Below, in pieces: positions 13,801-26,944 of a stretch of DNA of 64,000 nucleotides; position 1 is the first letter of the stretch, and every line of letters starts with the position of its first letter. The notes under the pieces were generated by a model. It saw nothing but the letters and a program-made list of their open reading frames with translations. It was not told the origin of the DNA and did no database searches. Source of the DNA: Chara braunii (Eukaryota; Plantae; Charophyceae); assembly GCA_003427395.1 (NCBI GenBank), contig BFEA01000010.1, forward strand, positions 994,032 to 1,058,031. Reading direction: 5' to 3'. The position numbers and the translations under genes are program-made.

Positions 13801-16800
13801 CCATCATGCATCGCATCCTCCAACCCATTCTCAAGAACCTCAGAGAACTCTCTTGTCACTTCTCCTAACACCCTCAAGGGTTTCACCTCCCCATCGCTGC
13901 CTATGTCAGATGTCTTCCTATCGCCAGACAATGCCCTCACCTGCTGCAGCCAACACCCAGTCTCCGTCATTCGTTTCTCACTGGCCATCCTCAATGCTTC
14001 CTTCAGCAAGCTGCGCTCCTGCTCTGTTTCTCGTTGTAGTTCTTCCATAGCAGCCTTCTTTTGGAGGAGTGATAATTGTAACCGCATCCCCTCGTCCTCC
14101 GCATCTCTCCTCTGTTTTTCCTTCTCTTCCACTCTCTGTTCTAGCTCCATAAGCCTCGCGTCCAATTCAGTTACATTCGCCCAAGCCACTTGCGCATCAG
14201 CTCGCACCTGCTTCACAATCTCCAAGAGACCCAAAGCCTCCTCCTCCTTCACCCTCTTCGCTTCTTCCAAACCGTCTGTGAACTTTCTCAGCTCCGACAC
14301 TTCGCATTGCAAACTCTCCTTCTCTTCTTCTATGAGGTCAAGCCTTTGTTGTTTCTCAGCAATCTCTTCCTCAAGCTTCCGCACCTTACCTTTCAGCTCG
14401 CCTGTTTCTGCAGTCCATCTCTCAGTTTCCTGAACAAGTCTGGCAACATCTGCAGACAAAGTTTTGACCTTTTCCTCCGCAGCAGTCTGCTCTTTGTTTT
14501 CCGTTTCTGCATAGTTTTGCATGTCCCCCTCCATTGCTGCCAGCTTCCCACGCAGCTCCTTAACGATCTCTTCCAATTCACGTACTCTTTTCCCCTTCTC
14601 CACCACCTCCTCACGCTGCAAGGCGTCAAGATGACTCTCCTCGTTCTCCTTCCTCTCCTGCTGCTGCTGCTGCTGGGGGGACGTCTCTGTTGTCAGCTCT
14701 CCAGGTTTCTCCATCCTCTCACTCTTGGACAGCATTTGTTTCGGATGCGCAGTGGGCTCTAAGGGTCCTATTGTTGTCCCTTCTTCCACTGTCATATTCA
14801 TCGCCCGATACCTGTTTCCCTCTTCCATTAATCTTCGAACTTCAGCATCCAGGGCAGCACACTGGAGTTCAGCACGCTCAACTTGGTCACAAAAACCCTT
14901 TGCTTCCGCTATCTTCCTGTGAAGTTCTTCCTCCAACCGTCCCACCAACGTCTCAGATTCCAAAGACGTCATTTTGCTGGTCTCCACCTCTCCCTGCAAT
15001 CTCCTGACCTCTGCTTCTGCCACTTCCAATCGCTTCTGGAACTCTATCCTATCCGCTTCCTCCCTCGAAGACATCACCTCCATCTCTCGTTCCTTATCCG
15101 AGACCTTCTTCTTCAACTCTGCCAGTAGAGCACTCGCTTCAATCGCTCTTGCCTTTGCCGTTTCGCACTCCTGAACTTGGCTCCGTGCCTCCCTCCTCAG
15201 TCCATCTAACTGCGATTGCAAAACCTCCATCTGCGATCGCATATTGCCTTTCAATTCCTCCAGTTCACTTTCCTTACCCCTCAACCTTTCCCGGAGTTCT
15301 GCGATCTCTGCCACAATCACCTCCCTCTCTCTCTCCAGATCTTCGGCCCCTCGAGACTTCAATTCCAACCTCGCCCCCAAGTCCTTGCACATCTCCCTTT
15401 CCTTTTCCAGAAGCTTCTCCCTGTCAGCCAGAGCAGCATGCGCACTGTCGGTCATGATCTGCACATTCGACATCTTCTCCCTCAACACCTCGCGCGCCTG
15501 AACCACCGCCTCTAACTCCTTTTCAACCGAGACCATTCTCTGACTTGCCTCCTCGAATCTCGTTCTCTCATTGACCATCAAATCTTCCAATTGCGCAACC
15601 TTAGCTCTCAACAATTGACGTTCCTGCGCCATCTCGTCCAGATCGTTGAGGAGCTCCGCTATTCTCCGATTTGCCTGCTCCGATCTGCCCCTCTCCTCCT
15701 CCACTGCTCTCTCTGCCTCAGTCAGCCTCTCATTCGCTTCCGACATCGCCAAGGTTAGATCCAAGACCTTTTGCCTTACGCACTCCAGGTCTCGATTGGC
15801 CTGTTCTACCTCCAACGCTTTCTCCGCCATCATTGTCTTCACTGCCATCATCTGCAACTCCAACTCCTCACATCGCTTCAAACTTAACTCTCTCTCTCTT
15901 CTTTCTGCGTCCAAAGAAAGCGTCAGCTCCTTGATCTTTTCCCCCACGCCCTCCCTTTCCCTAGACAGCACGTCAACCTGACCTTGAAGAATTGCACGCT
16001 CCCGCTTCGCTTCCTCTCCCATCCTCTCCTTTTGGAGCCTGAGCGATGCGATCTCCTTCTCAATATCGGCCAAACTTTCTCGCAGCTCTTTTGATGTTGA
16101 TGTCTCCTCCTTCAGCTTCTGCTTTAACTCGTCCCTCTCACTGCCAATCTCCTCCAACCGTTCCTTCATCTTCCTGTTCAACGTTTTTCTGGTATGTTCT
16201 TGGGCCTCGAGCTGCTTCCCTTTGTCGTTAAGCTCCTGCTGTAGCCGTTCCAGCTGTGGAACCAGAGCGTTCCTCTCCTCCCTCATGCGTGAAATCTCCA
16301 AGTAGGCTGCCTCGGCTTTGCTCTCGGCTTTCCTCTTCTCCTCCAGAATCAACTTTTCCCTCTCCTCTGCCTCTCGCTCTTTCAGCTTCAGCCTCTCGGT
16401 CATAACAGTCAACTCCTCCTTGGCATTCGCAAGGTCTGCATACAACCTCCTGATTTCCTCCCTTTTCTCATTTCTCAGCGATTCCATTTCCTTCTCGTTC
16501 TGTGCCAATCGAAACTGCAGATGCTGTGCCGCCAGTTCAAGATCCTCTGCCCTCTCCTCCATCTTCTGCTTTCCTTCCAAAGCCTCTTCCAACTCCACCC
16601 TGAGATTCTCTACTCTGGTCTCAGCCGCATCCAGGCTCATCCTCAGCTGCGCAACTGTCTTCTCCGCCTCTGGCTCCTTCTTCGCCTCCTCGGCTTTCCA
16701 ACCTAACTCTGTCACAAGGCCATCCAGTTCTCCTGCTTTCTCCTTCCATCGTGCTCTCTCCCCTTCCAGACGCTGCATCTCATCCTTGAGCAAATCAACC

Positions 16801-17453
16801 CTCTCGTTCATCTCTTTCTCCCTCGCTCTTAGATTTTCCCTCAAGTTGCCGATCACAGCTTCGAGCTCCGCAACCTTCTCCCCCCCCCATGCCCTCTCGT
16901 CAATCAAGTTCTCTACCTCGCTTTTTAAAGCAGAGACCTTTGCCTCCAAATCCGCCTTTTCCCTGTCCCTTTCTCTCCGAAAAGCCGCCATTTCAGCATC
17001 CCTCTCCTTCAGTTGCATTCGTAAATCCTCCAGCAGAGACTCCAACTGGACGGTTCTCTTCATCTCCTTCCCCTCCTGCTGCAGCTGCAGCTGCTGCTGC
17101 TGCTCACCGCCACGGTCAAGAATTCGCCCTTCCTGACCGGATGACGAAGCAGAAAAAATGTCCTCTTCCTCAACTTCAACCACTCTAGCCTCGTATTGCC
17201 ACGCAGCAACCTCCCTCTTACTCCGTACCTCCTCTATTCTACCCTGCAATTCCTTCACGGCATTTCGAAGAGCGGCATTCTCTTCCTTCATGGCCTCCAA
17301 CATGTCACTGCCCTGCGCTACAACTGCGCTCTCTGGCACTATCTTTTTCATTGTCGGGTTCGCATCTTCGCCCTCTTTCTTACCATCCATTACGCCCTCT
17401 TTTCCCAATACCTGACCCCCAACGCCCAGAGTTTCCCTATCCTCGTTAGAGAT
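7808..17453 (-). CDS. Coding exon 3 (9646 nt) of giant coiled-coil golgin-like protein, TNO1/AT4G31570-like; gene continues left
   Basis: 3246-aa E/K/R/L-rich heptad ORF. Acceptor tgtgctgcag|ATC at 17453, donor GAAG|gtatgg at 7808. Family-type motifs VRERLSLAIKKGK, LKEKLSMAVRMAKK, LRDKLQKAVKKGK. Confidence 0.9.
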
Positions 17454-17491
17454 CTGCAGCACACATGAAAGCGAAACAGCAATTCAGCCTC

Positions 17492-17582
<91 letters not shown>

Positions 17583-17583
17583 N

Positions 17584-17614
<31 letters not shown>

Positions 17615-17642
17615 ACACGCACGCACACACGCACACACACGC
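17492..17642. repeat. Compound (TC)n-(CA)n microsatellite in intron 2
   Basis: Directly visible. Confidence 0.95.
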
Positions 17643-17739
17643 AGAGGCACACAAGTGGCGAACACGATAAAACAGGGGAGAAGACAAGGGAAACAACGGC
17701 CGTATTGTCGCGTAAAAAACCTGAGCACGCTCGTCGTAC

Positions 17740-18516
17740 CTGAGACGTCTGCTGTGAAAGAGGTGCAGACAGTGTCCTCTCTCCTTCATCTGCGCGAGCC
17801 CTGCTTTCGGCGGACATCAAGTGGCCATCTCCGGACGACACCAAAGCGTCTCCCTTCAACACATCGAACTTGTTCTCCTGCACTCGTCCACGTTCTCTAA
17901 GCTCTTCGTCCTCATCTGCCATGGCCGGGCGGGAAGAAGACAAATTGGACTGCTGCTGACCATAATCTGCCAAGTCGGATACGGCTGGCTCTGACCCAAG
18001 ATCATGCTCCTCAGAGAAAGAGGCATTCCCATAACTCGGCCCGCTTCCAACATCACGCCCCCTGCCACCTTCCGCTGCCTTGACGGCGGACTCCACGGAA
18101 TTCTCTACCGCGCTGTCATGACCAGACGTCGTCTCCATTTCGTTATCCGCGGGCGTGGGCGGAAGGACGGGGAACCCGGATCCATCTTGCCCCCTTGGTG
18201 CCTCTGAGAGGTGGGGTAAAAGGTTACTCCCGACAGCGCCCGTTGTCGCGGCGCCGCCACCTAGCCCTCCATCTGCAACGGCAGCCCCACCTACATTGAA
18301 AGTCGAGGCACTCTCGGAAGCAGCAGATTCAATTGGCGTCGAATCCATAGCTGACATGTCAGAGCAGCTGCTAGAAGGGCTGAGTGTTCTCGGCCTGTCA
18401 TTTGATTGGCCATGTTGCGCCAATGCAGCGTTGAAAGCTACAGACCTTGCCGCAGAGCGCAACCGCCCAGCTGCAGACTGCTTCGCCGATGCCTTCTGCT
18501 TCTGAAACTCCTCCAG
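17740..18516 (-). CDS. Coding exon 2 of the coiled-coil gene (LEEFQKQKAS..., low-complexity linker)
   Basis: Acceptor ttttcgcag|CTG, donor CAG|gtacga; 777 nt, phase 0 at both ends, in frame with exons 1 and 3. Confidence 0.85.
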
Positions 18517-19376
18517 CTGCGAAAACGAATAAATCCAATATAGGCATCAATAGAAGCAATCACTGCAATCGAGCCAACGAATCAAGCAAAGAAATCAAAG
18601 CAATCTAAAATGTTAAAGCGAAGCACCACGATGAAGGCTTTCTGTACAGCTTTGTCTCTAGATGCCTTCTGCTTACGGAACTCGTGCAGTTGCAACACAA
18701 CCCGCGCACGACTCAATCAACCAATCACTACAGTAAAGCCACCGAATCAATCGAAGCTGCCCTATCCCGCCAAAATCAATCAATCAAAATGGCCGTGGTT
18801 TACAGAACCTTCTCGCCGCAGGCAAAAAGGAGATGGAATGCATAAATGAAATTACGATGACCAAGAAAACGAGATGGAAGAACAAACAGAGTTAATCCTC
18901 CGTGAGGTAAAGAGCGGGCCAGATCACAGACAGGCAGACAATAGACAGCCACATACAGACTGACAAGCAGACAGGAAGACGGATAGACATAGAGACAGAC
19001 GGACAGAGGGATACAGAGAGAGAGAGAGAGAGAGAGACAGCGTGACAGACAGAGAGAGGCAGAGACAGATGGACAGAGACAGGAGAGAAGGGGGAAGTGC
19101 CGAGCGGTGGAGTAGAAACTCCATGTGATTTATATTCTGACAGATTCTCCTATCCGTAAAGAGGCTCGCCCATGACTCCAGAGAGCAGGACGGGAGCCAG
19201 ATGTGACAGATTAATACAACACATCATAATTTCCTTATTTTCCTTCGCCTAAAAGTGCTTGAACGCTTTCTGCTTCTGTTTTGTCGAGGGGCTAACATAA
19301 TCTTGGACGAATCTGCTTGTATCTAGAGAACTACCGTACATATACGTCCTCTCAAATTTTCTTTTCTCGCGCCCAC

Positions 19377-19422
<46 letters not shown>

Positions 19423-19517
19423 AGAAGGGCGATCGCGACATGTTGTTGTCGCATGCAATGGGCAGGACGTGTATTCTGTGAGAGTAAAGCCTCGCGCGTA
19501 TTGTCCAAATCGCAAGT

Positions 19518-19585
<68 letters not shown>

Positions 19586-20535
19586 CACACACACACCTAC
19601 CACGCGCGTACAAACGCACATGCACAACAATAATCATTTAGAAGAGCTAACAATTTCTCCGTTTCCGTACGTCTCCATGTTCGATGATGACCTACGAGGA
19701 AGCGAGTGGCGCGGAACAATAGAATCAAGCAAAGAAAAAACATGACCACGGCAACATCTTCGTTCGTTTCACCTGAAACGACTACAGGAGCAGTAGACTA
19801 AGTAGAATTGGCTAATTGATAGGATCGGCTCAATAGACTTTGATTCCATCACCACCGTAAGATTCATAACTACGTATTACCTCTGTTCATTTTACATTAT
19901 TCAGCCGACGGTTAGGGCGCTTATGTGTGTGACCATGGAGATTAAGCACTCTGCGGCCGCCCACCCCCCAAAAGAAAAAATTCGAAACGATACTCTTTCG
20001 GTACTCGAACCCGCCGTTTATGTTTGCGGCTCTTGCGACGCACGAGGGCCATGCCTTCCGGAGGAGAGAGTACTTTGACGTCAACAACTACGTAGGCACC
20101 CCTCGTTTTCTAGCCCTGATATCACGAGCCGCATCTCCAGGAGCACCAGGAACAACACGATTGCTTCATTTTTCCGAGCGGATGGTTATTTTCCATAACA
20201 AAATAATTAACAATGATGATTTGCATTACTGAACTTTTGACGAAATGACGATTTACATACCGATTCCCGTTCTGATAAGAATGCTGCTGATGAAGAATCA
20301 AATTATGAACAGAGTAGACAAGTAAAAGAAGAATAGTGATAAGCAGAGGTCGTGAACTGTCATGCGCGCACGCTTCGCTACAAGTTTCATATACATCCGC
20401 ATGCACTGAGCTCAAAAAGACGCGCTCGTTGCCCTACGCGTTTCGGCCAGGAACCCCACCTGGCACTCATTAGGGGCCTTCTCCCCAGATCCGATATGAA
20501 CCCACCTAGTGCCAAGCCACTGAGAAAACGGCGGA

Positions 20536-20681
20536 GAAGATGAAGAAGACAAAGAAGAAGAAGAAGAGGTAGAAAACAAAGAAGAAGAAGACAAAGAAGA
20601 AGAAGAAGAGGTAGAAAACAAAGAAGAAAAAGAACAGGAGGAAACAAGAAGAAGACGAGCATAAGGAAGAAAAAGAAGAAG
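20536..20681. repeat. (GAA)n-rich simple repeat with an internal tandem duplication
   Basis: GAAGAAGACAAAGAAGAAGAAGAAGAGGTAGAAAACAAA occurs twice in tandem. Confidence 0.85.
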
Positions 20682-21440
20682 CACAGCGTAGTAGTGACAA
20701 TCGGTGGCCAGAACTGCATTCCTATACATTTCTCAAGTATTCAATGAACTTCCGCATGCACAGCTCGCAGTAACGCGCACATTCCGCTACGCGTTTTCTC
20801 GACTAGCTGCGCACAAGTCCTCTTCAGGGGGCTAACCATTCGCCCTTTGAGCCTATGCCTACAAGACGAAAGAAGAGAGGGAAGAAGAAAGATGACGACT
20901 TACTAACCCAGAAGCCTGCCGTGCAAGAGGCCTAGTGTTAAGATGCATAGAGATCGTATAGAAGAACGACACAGCCGATAGGCGAGCAATTCCAACTACG
21001 GTGGCCATTCCCCGCCACTGTCTGCAGTCGTCGATCTTACGTCATCCGATGGCAGAGAAGCAACAGCATGACCTATTAAATAAGGGAGGCATATGGAAAA
21101 CAGGAAGAGAAAGAGAGTGCAAAGACATGAAAACGAACCCAGGAAGTGAGACAGAAGGAGAGAGAGAGGAGGGAGGGAGAGAGGACCACGCCACAGTAAA
21201 CGATGATGCCGTTTTCGCATCAGTCACCATACCAGACACCCACCATAGCGACGGTGCGCAGTTTTTAGCTGCCATACCACAACCACGTAACCTTATAAAC
21301 TGCTGAATCACTACAGAAAGTACATATACATAGGCATGATCACGATGACAAAAGTATATACCCCCGACAACGATATCGAGTGAATAAAAGGAAGGCAACA
21401 GGAAGGGGAAAAGTGGGGTGCTGTGCGCAAATGCACATAC

Positions 21441-21491
21441 CTTCTTACGACCGGCGCTGAGGAGCTCCGCCTTGAACTTGCCCTTATCCAT
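21441..21491 (-). CDS. First coding exon of the coiled-coil gene (MDKGKFKAELLSAGRKK)
   Basis: ATG at 21491, strong donor AAG|gtatgt. Joined to exon 2 it gives LSAGRKKLEEFQKQK, the N-terminal motif seen in AT4G31570-like, GM130 and AKAP9/pericentrin proteins. An upstream acceptor at 21501-21502 implies a 5' UTR exon. Confidence 0.85.
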
Positions 21492-24338
21492 TGATAAGAA
21501 CTGTATCTCCGAAGTAATAATATTAATTCTCTATGCCCACACATGGAGGCACGCCCCACAAAGACCGATGGCCGGCAGCTTCGAGGAAACTTCAAAGGGA
21601 ACGGATCGTCACCATCTATCTAATTATTATCGTTACAGACAGATGATAGTTGTTTTCCAGCCGAGGCCTCTTTTGCAAAGGTCAAATGGTCAGCCTCCAC
21701 AACGCTACAGCGGCCCAGATAAGCTCTCCTAACACTCGCAATGTGCTGCTGATCACACAGGATCCGGACCCCGGTCTCTCTCTCTCTTCCCCTTCCTCCC
21801 GGAAACCAGCAGCCCGCGCGAAGCGCATCCATCACCTTCTCAGACAAATGCACATATACACCCCCCCCTACCCACCCACCTGTCTCCGCTAGCAATCCCT
21901 TCTCTCCGCGAATGTTCCTTATCGTCTCATCGAAAGCTTTCCCCGCCTTCCCTCTCACCGTTTTCTCTCCTTGCGCCTTCCTCCACCTCCTCCCCCGATG
22001 CCCCGCTCCTCTACCGCGCGCCCTTGGGTCCTCTCCTCCCTCTTCCTCCCCCTCCCCCCCCCGTGGCCTCTCCTGCTGAACGCAACGCACGGCAGACCAC
22101 GGTAGGCGGGGAGGCTACTCCGCGCCCAAAGCCTCTCCTGCGAAGCACGGACGTCTGCTACGTGATGAGTTCAATTCCCCCCACGTCCGCAACGACTGCA
22201 ATTATCCCAGCAGCAGGAGGTGCAACCGTGTCTACCCTTCGTCATTTCCACTTCAGGATAAAGCTTCGCTAATAAGAGAACGACCGCTGTGGATCCCCCC
22301 TCCCCCTCTCCTTCAAGACAATCCTCCCAGCCAAGAGAATGAACGACCTCTGACGATCTTCTCCCTCGGTTCCTGGTCCTATAACTCCATAACAAAGAGA
22401 ACGAACGACCATAAGCGGCGCAGAAATACCTCATTCCACCCATACACATTCTGTACACGCTCGTTTATTCCAGTCATCGGATGGTCAAGATTCTATGAAA
22501 AAAGGGATACAAATGCGCGCTTGCTTTCCTCTACAACAACAACAAGATTCCCTCCTCGTCCTGTCTACCGCCGCCTGCGTCGTTCACGTGGGCAAGACTG
22601 GTATTTGCGAAGAACACGAGCCGTCGTCTAGTCCCTCAATTCACGCCCGTCGGAACCAACTTCTACCAATCTCACACCATCCTCCTCTGATACCGACGAA
22701 CTCGTCATAGCCTGGAGCAGCAAGGGAAAACATGATGCGCGGGCGAACCACTCCACAATGGTTGACACGTGGCAATCTTCGTTATCATCATCATCCTCAG
22801 GCGCGAAATCGTTCACTCTGGGGACAACGATACACTTAGCCCGCGCGATTCAGGTTCCCTGTGAACCGTGCAATCACTGCTGGCGGCGCAGAGAGAAGGG
22901 TGTCGGGTTGCAAGCACACAGCGAGGCCAGCGCGCAGCCATGCACCCACGTGCGCATGTTTATTTGATAGGTAAAAGCCGGGGACCCACCACCGCGCTAT
23001 TGCCTTCACTCACAGAGGACAAAACACCACCATAGTGTCGCCAATCAAGCAAGCAATCAAGCAATCAAGCAATCAAGCCGCAGCACCACATCAGTACATC
23101 ACTGTCCTCGGCGATGACACGTGAAAGTTGGGAGACATTTACGTCAGTGACACTCGTTGTCAGGCATAACGAATGGAGCCAGTAAGGGGGCTCAGCCGCC
23201 GTGACGACAAAGGTCATCCAGTCCAATGCCTCTCTGACAAGAACATGTAATCTAGACCTGCAAATCGAATCGAAAACCCAACGACAGATCACCGTACTGG
23301 TCATCGACAATCCTGACAGCCCGGTCGTCTGTACGCGGTCGTCGGCTGGCACCTGATCTATCGTTCGCACCACCTCCACGTACGCACTTCATGCGAAAAT
23401 CCTCCCGTTCCCTCGACCAAACCCGTCAACACCCCGTCAACCAAGCGCGCATGGTCGTGCCCGCGACTGCCGGCACTTGGCGCGCAGTGAATCGGGGACC
23501 GCCTCCCCCCGCTTCCTGGGCTGCTCGCGGCCCATTCCTTTCCGGCCCCAAGCTCATCAGGTCAGCGATAATGCCCCCGATGTTTTCTCTTTTTCCGAGC
23601 AGCTCTCCAGCTCTGGATTCCCGACGCATCAGGCTTGGATCCCACAGTGCGTTTTCAAGAAAAAGTCGTGTCCGCGCCAACCGGTTCGTAAGAACGAATT
23701 TGGATCCCATAGTCCCGACCGGGAAGGCACTTGCCGACATGCACTCCCTCCCAACTGATAGACCGCGCCAGGCGCGGTAGCGCAGCCAAGGGAACACCGG
23801 GGGCCAGGCAGAGGAAGAGCAGGTGAGGGGCAGCGGAACAGAAACGGCCTGCGAAACCAAGAGATGGGCGGGCCCAGTTGTGGAGGAGCCGCAGCGGGAC
23901 GGAAAGTAGGGGGTCCCTCGGCTGTAAGGTGTGCGAGCTACGCGGGGCCGGGTGCGCGATATCTGCAGGGCATGTCTGAAAGGCCTGGAGCTGCGGAGCA
24001 CAAAATCAAGTATGTATTTTTTTTATTTTTTTTTTATTTTTATTTTTATTTTTTTACAAACAAACAGCTCCATCTATTGGTGGGGAGCAACACCTCCTGG
24101 AAACCGGGTCCAGCGTCCCATAGATACAACCATATCCTGTTAATTTGGCACAAACTGGGAATCGGGCCCAGCATCCCATCATCAGGAAATTTCATGAATT
24201 TCGACAAGGAACTATTGACTTACCGTGAGGGCACAGGTGCGCAGCCCGTAGTTTGTATACGCTTGATTGATGAGAGAGAGAGAGAGAGAGAGATGGCACG
24301 GAACAAATCTAGATGGCATGCAGACAACCGGGGTCCAG

Positions 24339-24516
24339 GGGTCCACACCATTTCAGATTCGAATTTCAAGGCCCTGCGGCCCCCACGCCGTTTCAGGCCT
24401 GGGTCCACCGTTTTAGATTCGAATTTCAAGGCCCTGCGGCCCCCACGCCGTTTCAGGCCTGGGTCCACCGTTTCAAATTCGAATTTGAAGGCCCTGCGCC
24501 CAGCACACCGTTTCAA
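24339..24516. repeat. 60-bp minisatellite, ~3 copies
   Basis: Unit GGGTCCACCGTTTTAGATTCGAATTTCAAGGCCCTGCGGCCCCCACGCCGTTTCAGGCCT repeats at a 60-nt period. Confidence 0.9.
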
Positions 24517-25780
24517 TTTTTTTTGGACCGTGGGGTTTCCAGGAAAACGCCAAGGACAGCTACCAATTCTGGATTTGCTTGCACTGCCGCCCCCCCAAAT
24601 GTCAGTGTCTTTCATTTTACCAGCCTTTGAACAACCAATGGGCCCGAATGAATGACTGGTTTCGGATTTGTTTGTCGTTGCCTTCGCCCCCTGTAACATG
24701 CAAGTGACAGTTAAATAAAGATTAGGTGTTATTTTTGAATAAAAGAAAATTTTGTTTTTGTGTGTATACATATGTGTGTGTTTGTGAGAGAAAAGAGGTA
24801 GTCTTGTAGCATGGAGCATTTTAGTGTTGTGGAACATTAGGACATACTTTTATTGGTATGATATTTAGGATGTTTGTGTTTGTCGGTTGAGGATGTTTCT
24901 AATGTGTTCTAAAAGTTTTGGTTATTTGTGGCGGGGTGGTGGTTATAGTGTGTGTGTATGTGTGTTTGTGTGTGTGAGAGAGAGAGAAAGAGAGAGGGAG
25001 AGAGAGAGAGAGGGTGAGAGAGATTTAGAGGTAAAGAGAGCATGAGCATGTGAGCGGTGTTTAGCACATGGCCAATTGATATTTTTTATAAAGTAGATGT
25101 GGTGGAGAGGTGGTTGTAGTGTAAGGGTGTGGGTGTATGTGTGTGTGTATATGTGTTTGTGAGACAGAGAGTGAGAGAGATAAAAATGACAGTTATATCA
25201 AGAGTAGGTGTTATTTTTGAATAGAAGATTTTTTTTGTGTGTGTATATGTATGTGTGTGTGTGTGTGAGAGAGAGAGGTAGTTTTGTAGCATGGAGCATT
25301 TTAGTGTTGTGGAATATTAGGATTGACTTTTATTTTGAATTAAGAAGAAAGTGAAGAGAGAGAGAGAGGGCGAGAGAGAGAGAGAGGGGGGAGGAGAGAG
25401 ATTTAGAGGTAAAGAGAGTGTGCAAGTCCTTGGTGCATTTCATTTGGCTATAGTAATCATCCCTTTGGTTGTTTTAGAAGTTTTTGTGAATGGTTTGTTG
25501 ATGTTATTGAAGGAATAATTTTTGTTGGGTTTCTGCACCAATAGATATGGTAGGAGAATGTTATGAAAGGTGTGTGTGTTTGTGTGTGTGTGAGAGAGAG
25601 AAAGATAGAGGGAGAGAGAGAGAGGGGATGAAAGAGATTTAGAGGTAGAGAGAGCATGTAGCATATGAGCGTTGTTTAGCACAAGGGCAATTGATATTTT
25701 TGATAAAGTAGATGTGGTGGAGAGGTTGTTGTAGTGTGAGGCTGTGGGTGTATGTGTGTGTGTGTTTGTGTGTTTGTGAA

Positions 25781-25818
<38 letters not shown>

Positions 25819-26110
25819 AGAAAGAGAAAGAGAGAGGGTTGAAAGAGACAGAGGGTGTGAGAAAGGGAGAAAGAAATATTATAGCATGCAGCTTGTCAAT
25901 GATGTTTATGGCTGAATGGATAAAAGTTTTTAACATACCTTGATTTATTGTTGGTGTTGAGGTTAGTGGTCCTTGAATCTTGATCCAGAAGTCGTATATG
26001 TTTGTGCTTGAATGTTATATATATTTTTTGTGAATTAATGAATTGATTATGTTTGACAAAGTAGATGAGTTGGAGAGACAGTTGTAGTGTGTGGATGTGG
26101 TGTAATTTCA

Positions 26111-26518
26111 TTAAGGGTTAGGCAACATAAGATGTCGAAGCATGACAAGGATAAAAATGTCACAATCGTATGAATTAGTTTGTTGGGGTCCTTGTAAGAT
26201 TGTCGTAGGTGCATTTTGTAGCAGGCTTAAACAATCTGTACGAGTGGATAACCATTGTTTGATGTTTGAAAAAAATATTGTATTAGTATTGGAAAGACTA
26301 TCATAATAATATATATTGTGTGTTTGGAGGTTCAAACATCCAAGTGCCCAATGATTGTTGTTTATATTTATTGGAATGAAGAAATGAGTGAGCGTTGTGA
26401 ATGGTCGAAGTTTATTTTTTCTATTAATTTGACGATCAACACAAGCGTAATCATGTGTTGTTATTCCTTGGTTGTATTTGAATATATTTGCAATGAAAAT
26501 AGTTGTGGTTTTATTCAT
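26111..26518 (-). pseudogene. Ulp1/SENP (peptidase C48) SUMO-protease domain downstream of the helicase
   Basis: FIPININNNHWAL...YYYDSL...PQQTNSYDC: His, Asp, Gln and Cys catalytic residues in C48 order. Confidence 0.88.
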
Positions 26519-26944
26519 TATTAGTTCGACATAACTATTTGTGGGTATATCTGTGAGTCAGAAGTGATCATGTAAAGTAATGTATAAACATAATTCTGAA
26601 TCGATTAGAATTGGAATGATGTTTTCATCATCTGAATTTGCATTTGTTAGTTCTGTATCAGATAAAGATGGACTGAAAAGGATTGATTGTGTAGTTGTGA
26701 AATGTGACGTTTATGATTTTTTTGGTGTTGTAGAAATATTTTTTGAAGAAGAATTTACACATAGACATGCGTTTGTGTTGTTTGAATGGGTTATTATATC
26801 TGAATCATCTGTTAAACAAATGAAATTTGACATTGTAAATTTGTCTTGAATTATTTGAGAAATTATTGCTTGTTTTTGTTTTGTTTGGGTTAGTGTTGTT
26901 GGTTGTTGTAATGATGTTGTGTTTGATTGAATGTTAATTTTTTT

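Noticed and set aside
7745-17468. Many S/L/F-rich plus-strand ORFs
   Set aside because: Antisense shadows of the coiled-coil exon.
21042-21440. 149-aa read-through of exon 1 containing IQQFIRLR
   Set aside because: Runs through a strong splice donor; the similarity to the LxxF motif is too short to support.
24339-24516. Regular repeats (also 53982-54245 and 58060-58420) as a CRISPR array
   Set aside because: Head-to-tail minisatellites without unique spacers, no cas genes, eukaryotic context.
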